Assembly (NCBI GenBank): GCA_030583725.1 | Contig: CP129472.1 | Location: 142,958-206,957 of the forward strand | Length of the DNA: 64,000 nucleotides | Reading direction: 5' to 3' | Source: a bacterium | GTDB taxonomy: Bacteria; Patescibacteriota; Microgenomatia; UBA8517 | In this document: positions 63,230-64,000 of the stretch, piece after piece | Numbering within the stretch: position 1 is the first letter of the stretch | Layout: the number at the start of each line of letters is the position of its first letter | The notes under the pieces: generated by a model | Told to the model about the DNA's origin: nothing | The model's database searches: none | What the model saw: the letters and a program-made list of their open reading frames with translations, nothing else | Translations under genes and position numbers: made by a program

Positions 63230-64000
63230 TTAATTTGCAACTGCCTTATAGATTAATTGAAGTGTGCTTTCAGTTTCATCTAATGAACCTTTCAACACAA
63301 AGGTAAGTCTTGTTTCACGTCTGGATCTTGCAAGTCTAACTTGATGTTTTTCTCCAAGTGCTTTTTCAAAATCTGATCTCATTTTGTCTATTTCTTCAGA
63401 AATTATATGCATTTTAGGTAGATTAGCTTTTGGCTTCTGGTCTGCTTGTGCTTTCATCCTTCTTGCTAGTTCTTCAGCTCTTCTGACTGAGCCTGACTCA
63501 CGCAATATAATTTTATATGCTTCAACCATCAAGTCAGTGTCATCAATTGCTGCTAGGGCCCTTGCGTGACCTTCAGAGATAAGTCCTGAAAGAAGTCCAT
63601 CTTTTAATGCGTCTGGTAGTGTCAGTAAACGTAATGAGTTGCTGACGTAGGCAACTGACTTACCAATCCTGACTGCTACTTCTGATGTTGTTAAACCAAA
63701 CTCATCCATTAACCTCTCAAATCCTTTGGCACGATCTAAGGAATTTAGATCAACCCTCTGGACATTCTCTACTATTGCCATTTCAAGCATTCCTTTAGGG
63801 GTTGTTTCACGAATAATGACAGGTACGTGGGTCAAACCTGCAAGCTTTGAAGCTCTCCATCTACGTTCTCCAGCAATTAATTGGTATCCAGCAGGAGTTT
63901 TGGCAGCAACTAAAGGTTCTAATATTCCATGCTCACGAATTGAATCTACTAAGTCTACTAAGCTTTCTGGAGTAATTGCACCTCTTGGTTGTAATGGGTT
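63230..64000 (-). CDS. parB: chromosome partitioning protein ParB/Spo0J (N-terminus beyond window end)
   Basis: 'GERRWRASKLAGLTHVPVII' ParB box II and 'LEMAIVENVQRVDLNSLDRAKGFERL'; frame open to nt 64000 (track Met at 63835 is an in-frame TTG). Confidence 0.85.
   Translation of the reverse strand, partial: NPLQPRGAITPESLVDLVDSIREHGILEPLVAAKTPAGYQLIAGERRWRASKLAGLTHVPVIIRETTPKGMLEMAIVENVQRVDLNSLDRAKGFERLMDEFGLTTSEVAVRIGKSVAYVSNSLRLLTLPDALKDGLLSGLISEGHARALAAIDDTDLMVEAYKIILRESGSVRRAEELARRMKAQADQKPKANLPKMHIISEEIDKMRSDFEKALGEKHQVRLARSRRETRLTFVLKGSLDETESTLQLIYKAVAN

Noticed and set aside
1-64000. CRISPR arrays, rRNA genes, IS/transposase genes
   Set aside because: I scanned intergenic regions for regularly spaced direct repeats and for transposase/integrase motifs (DDE, tyrosine recombinase R-H-R-Y). 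None were seen.

Overview
This 64-kb window is AT-rich (about one-third GC by eye) and gene-dense, with short proteins and many 1-30 nt overlaps. It looks like a small-genome, CPR/Patescibacteria-like bacterium. No tools were run, so every call rests on motifs I can read in the translations and the DNA.

The left two-thirds is core housekeeping:
- Obg, SecG and a complete SOS/NER set: uvrC, uvrA, uvrB with a divergent lexA.
- UppP, and a minus-strand central-carbon operon pgi-pps-eno-gpmI plus a PGM-family enzyme and a HAD phosphatase.
- RuvC, ribosomal protein L19 and a long minus-strand array polX-lemA-htpX-gatC-gatA-gatB-GGDEF-dnaE.

The region 39.9-52.5 kb is accessory and the most interesting:
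- A tRNA-Asp(GUC) gene is interrupted by a 184-nt group I intron.
- A tRNA-Thr is flanked by MGE/defence-like genes: a DUF2130-like protein, a Bro-N protein, a frameshifted Cas4-like/DEDDy nuclease fusion and a co-directional M-C-R restriction-modification cassette (327-aa C5-MTase, HTH controller, PD-(D/E)xK endonuclease) with two extra unknown genes downstream.
- Next to these sits an FtsK-family protein whose gamma domain is at the N-terminus and whose Walker A and B motifs are degenerate.
- A ~130-nt candidate sRNA runs from a perfect sigma70 promoter to an intrinsic terminator.
- A second GC-rich structured element lies in a convergent intergenic gap.
- A stand-alone Cas4-like nuclease operon lies a few kb further on, with no CRISPR array.

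The right end is a surface-glycan cluster (Wzx flippase, GT2/GT4 transferases, O-antigen-ligase-like protein, SAM-MTase). It is followed by a secreted Kelch/C39-like peptidase protein, tRNA-Val, an IMPDH/GMPR-family enzyme, signal peptidase I and a partial parB.
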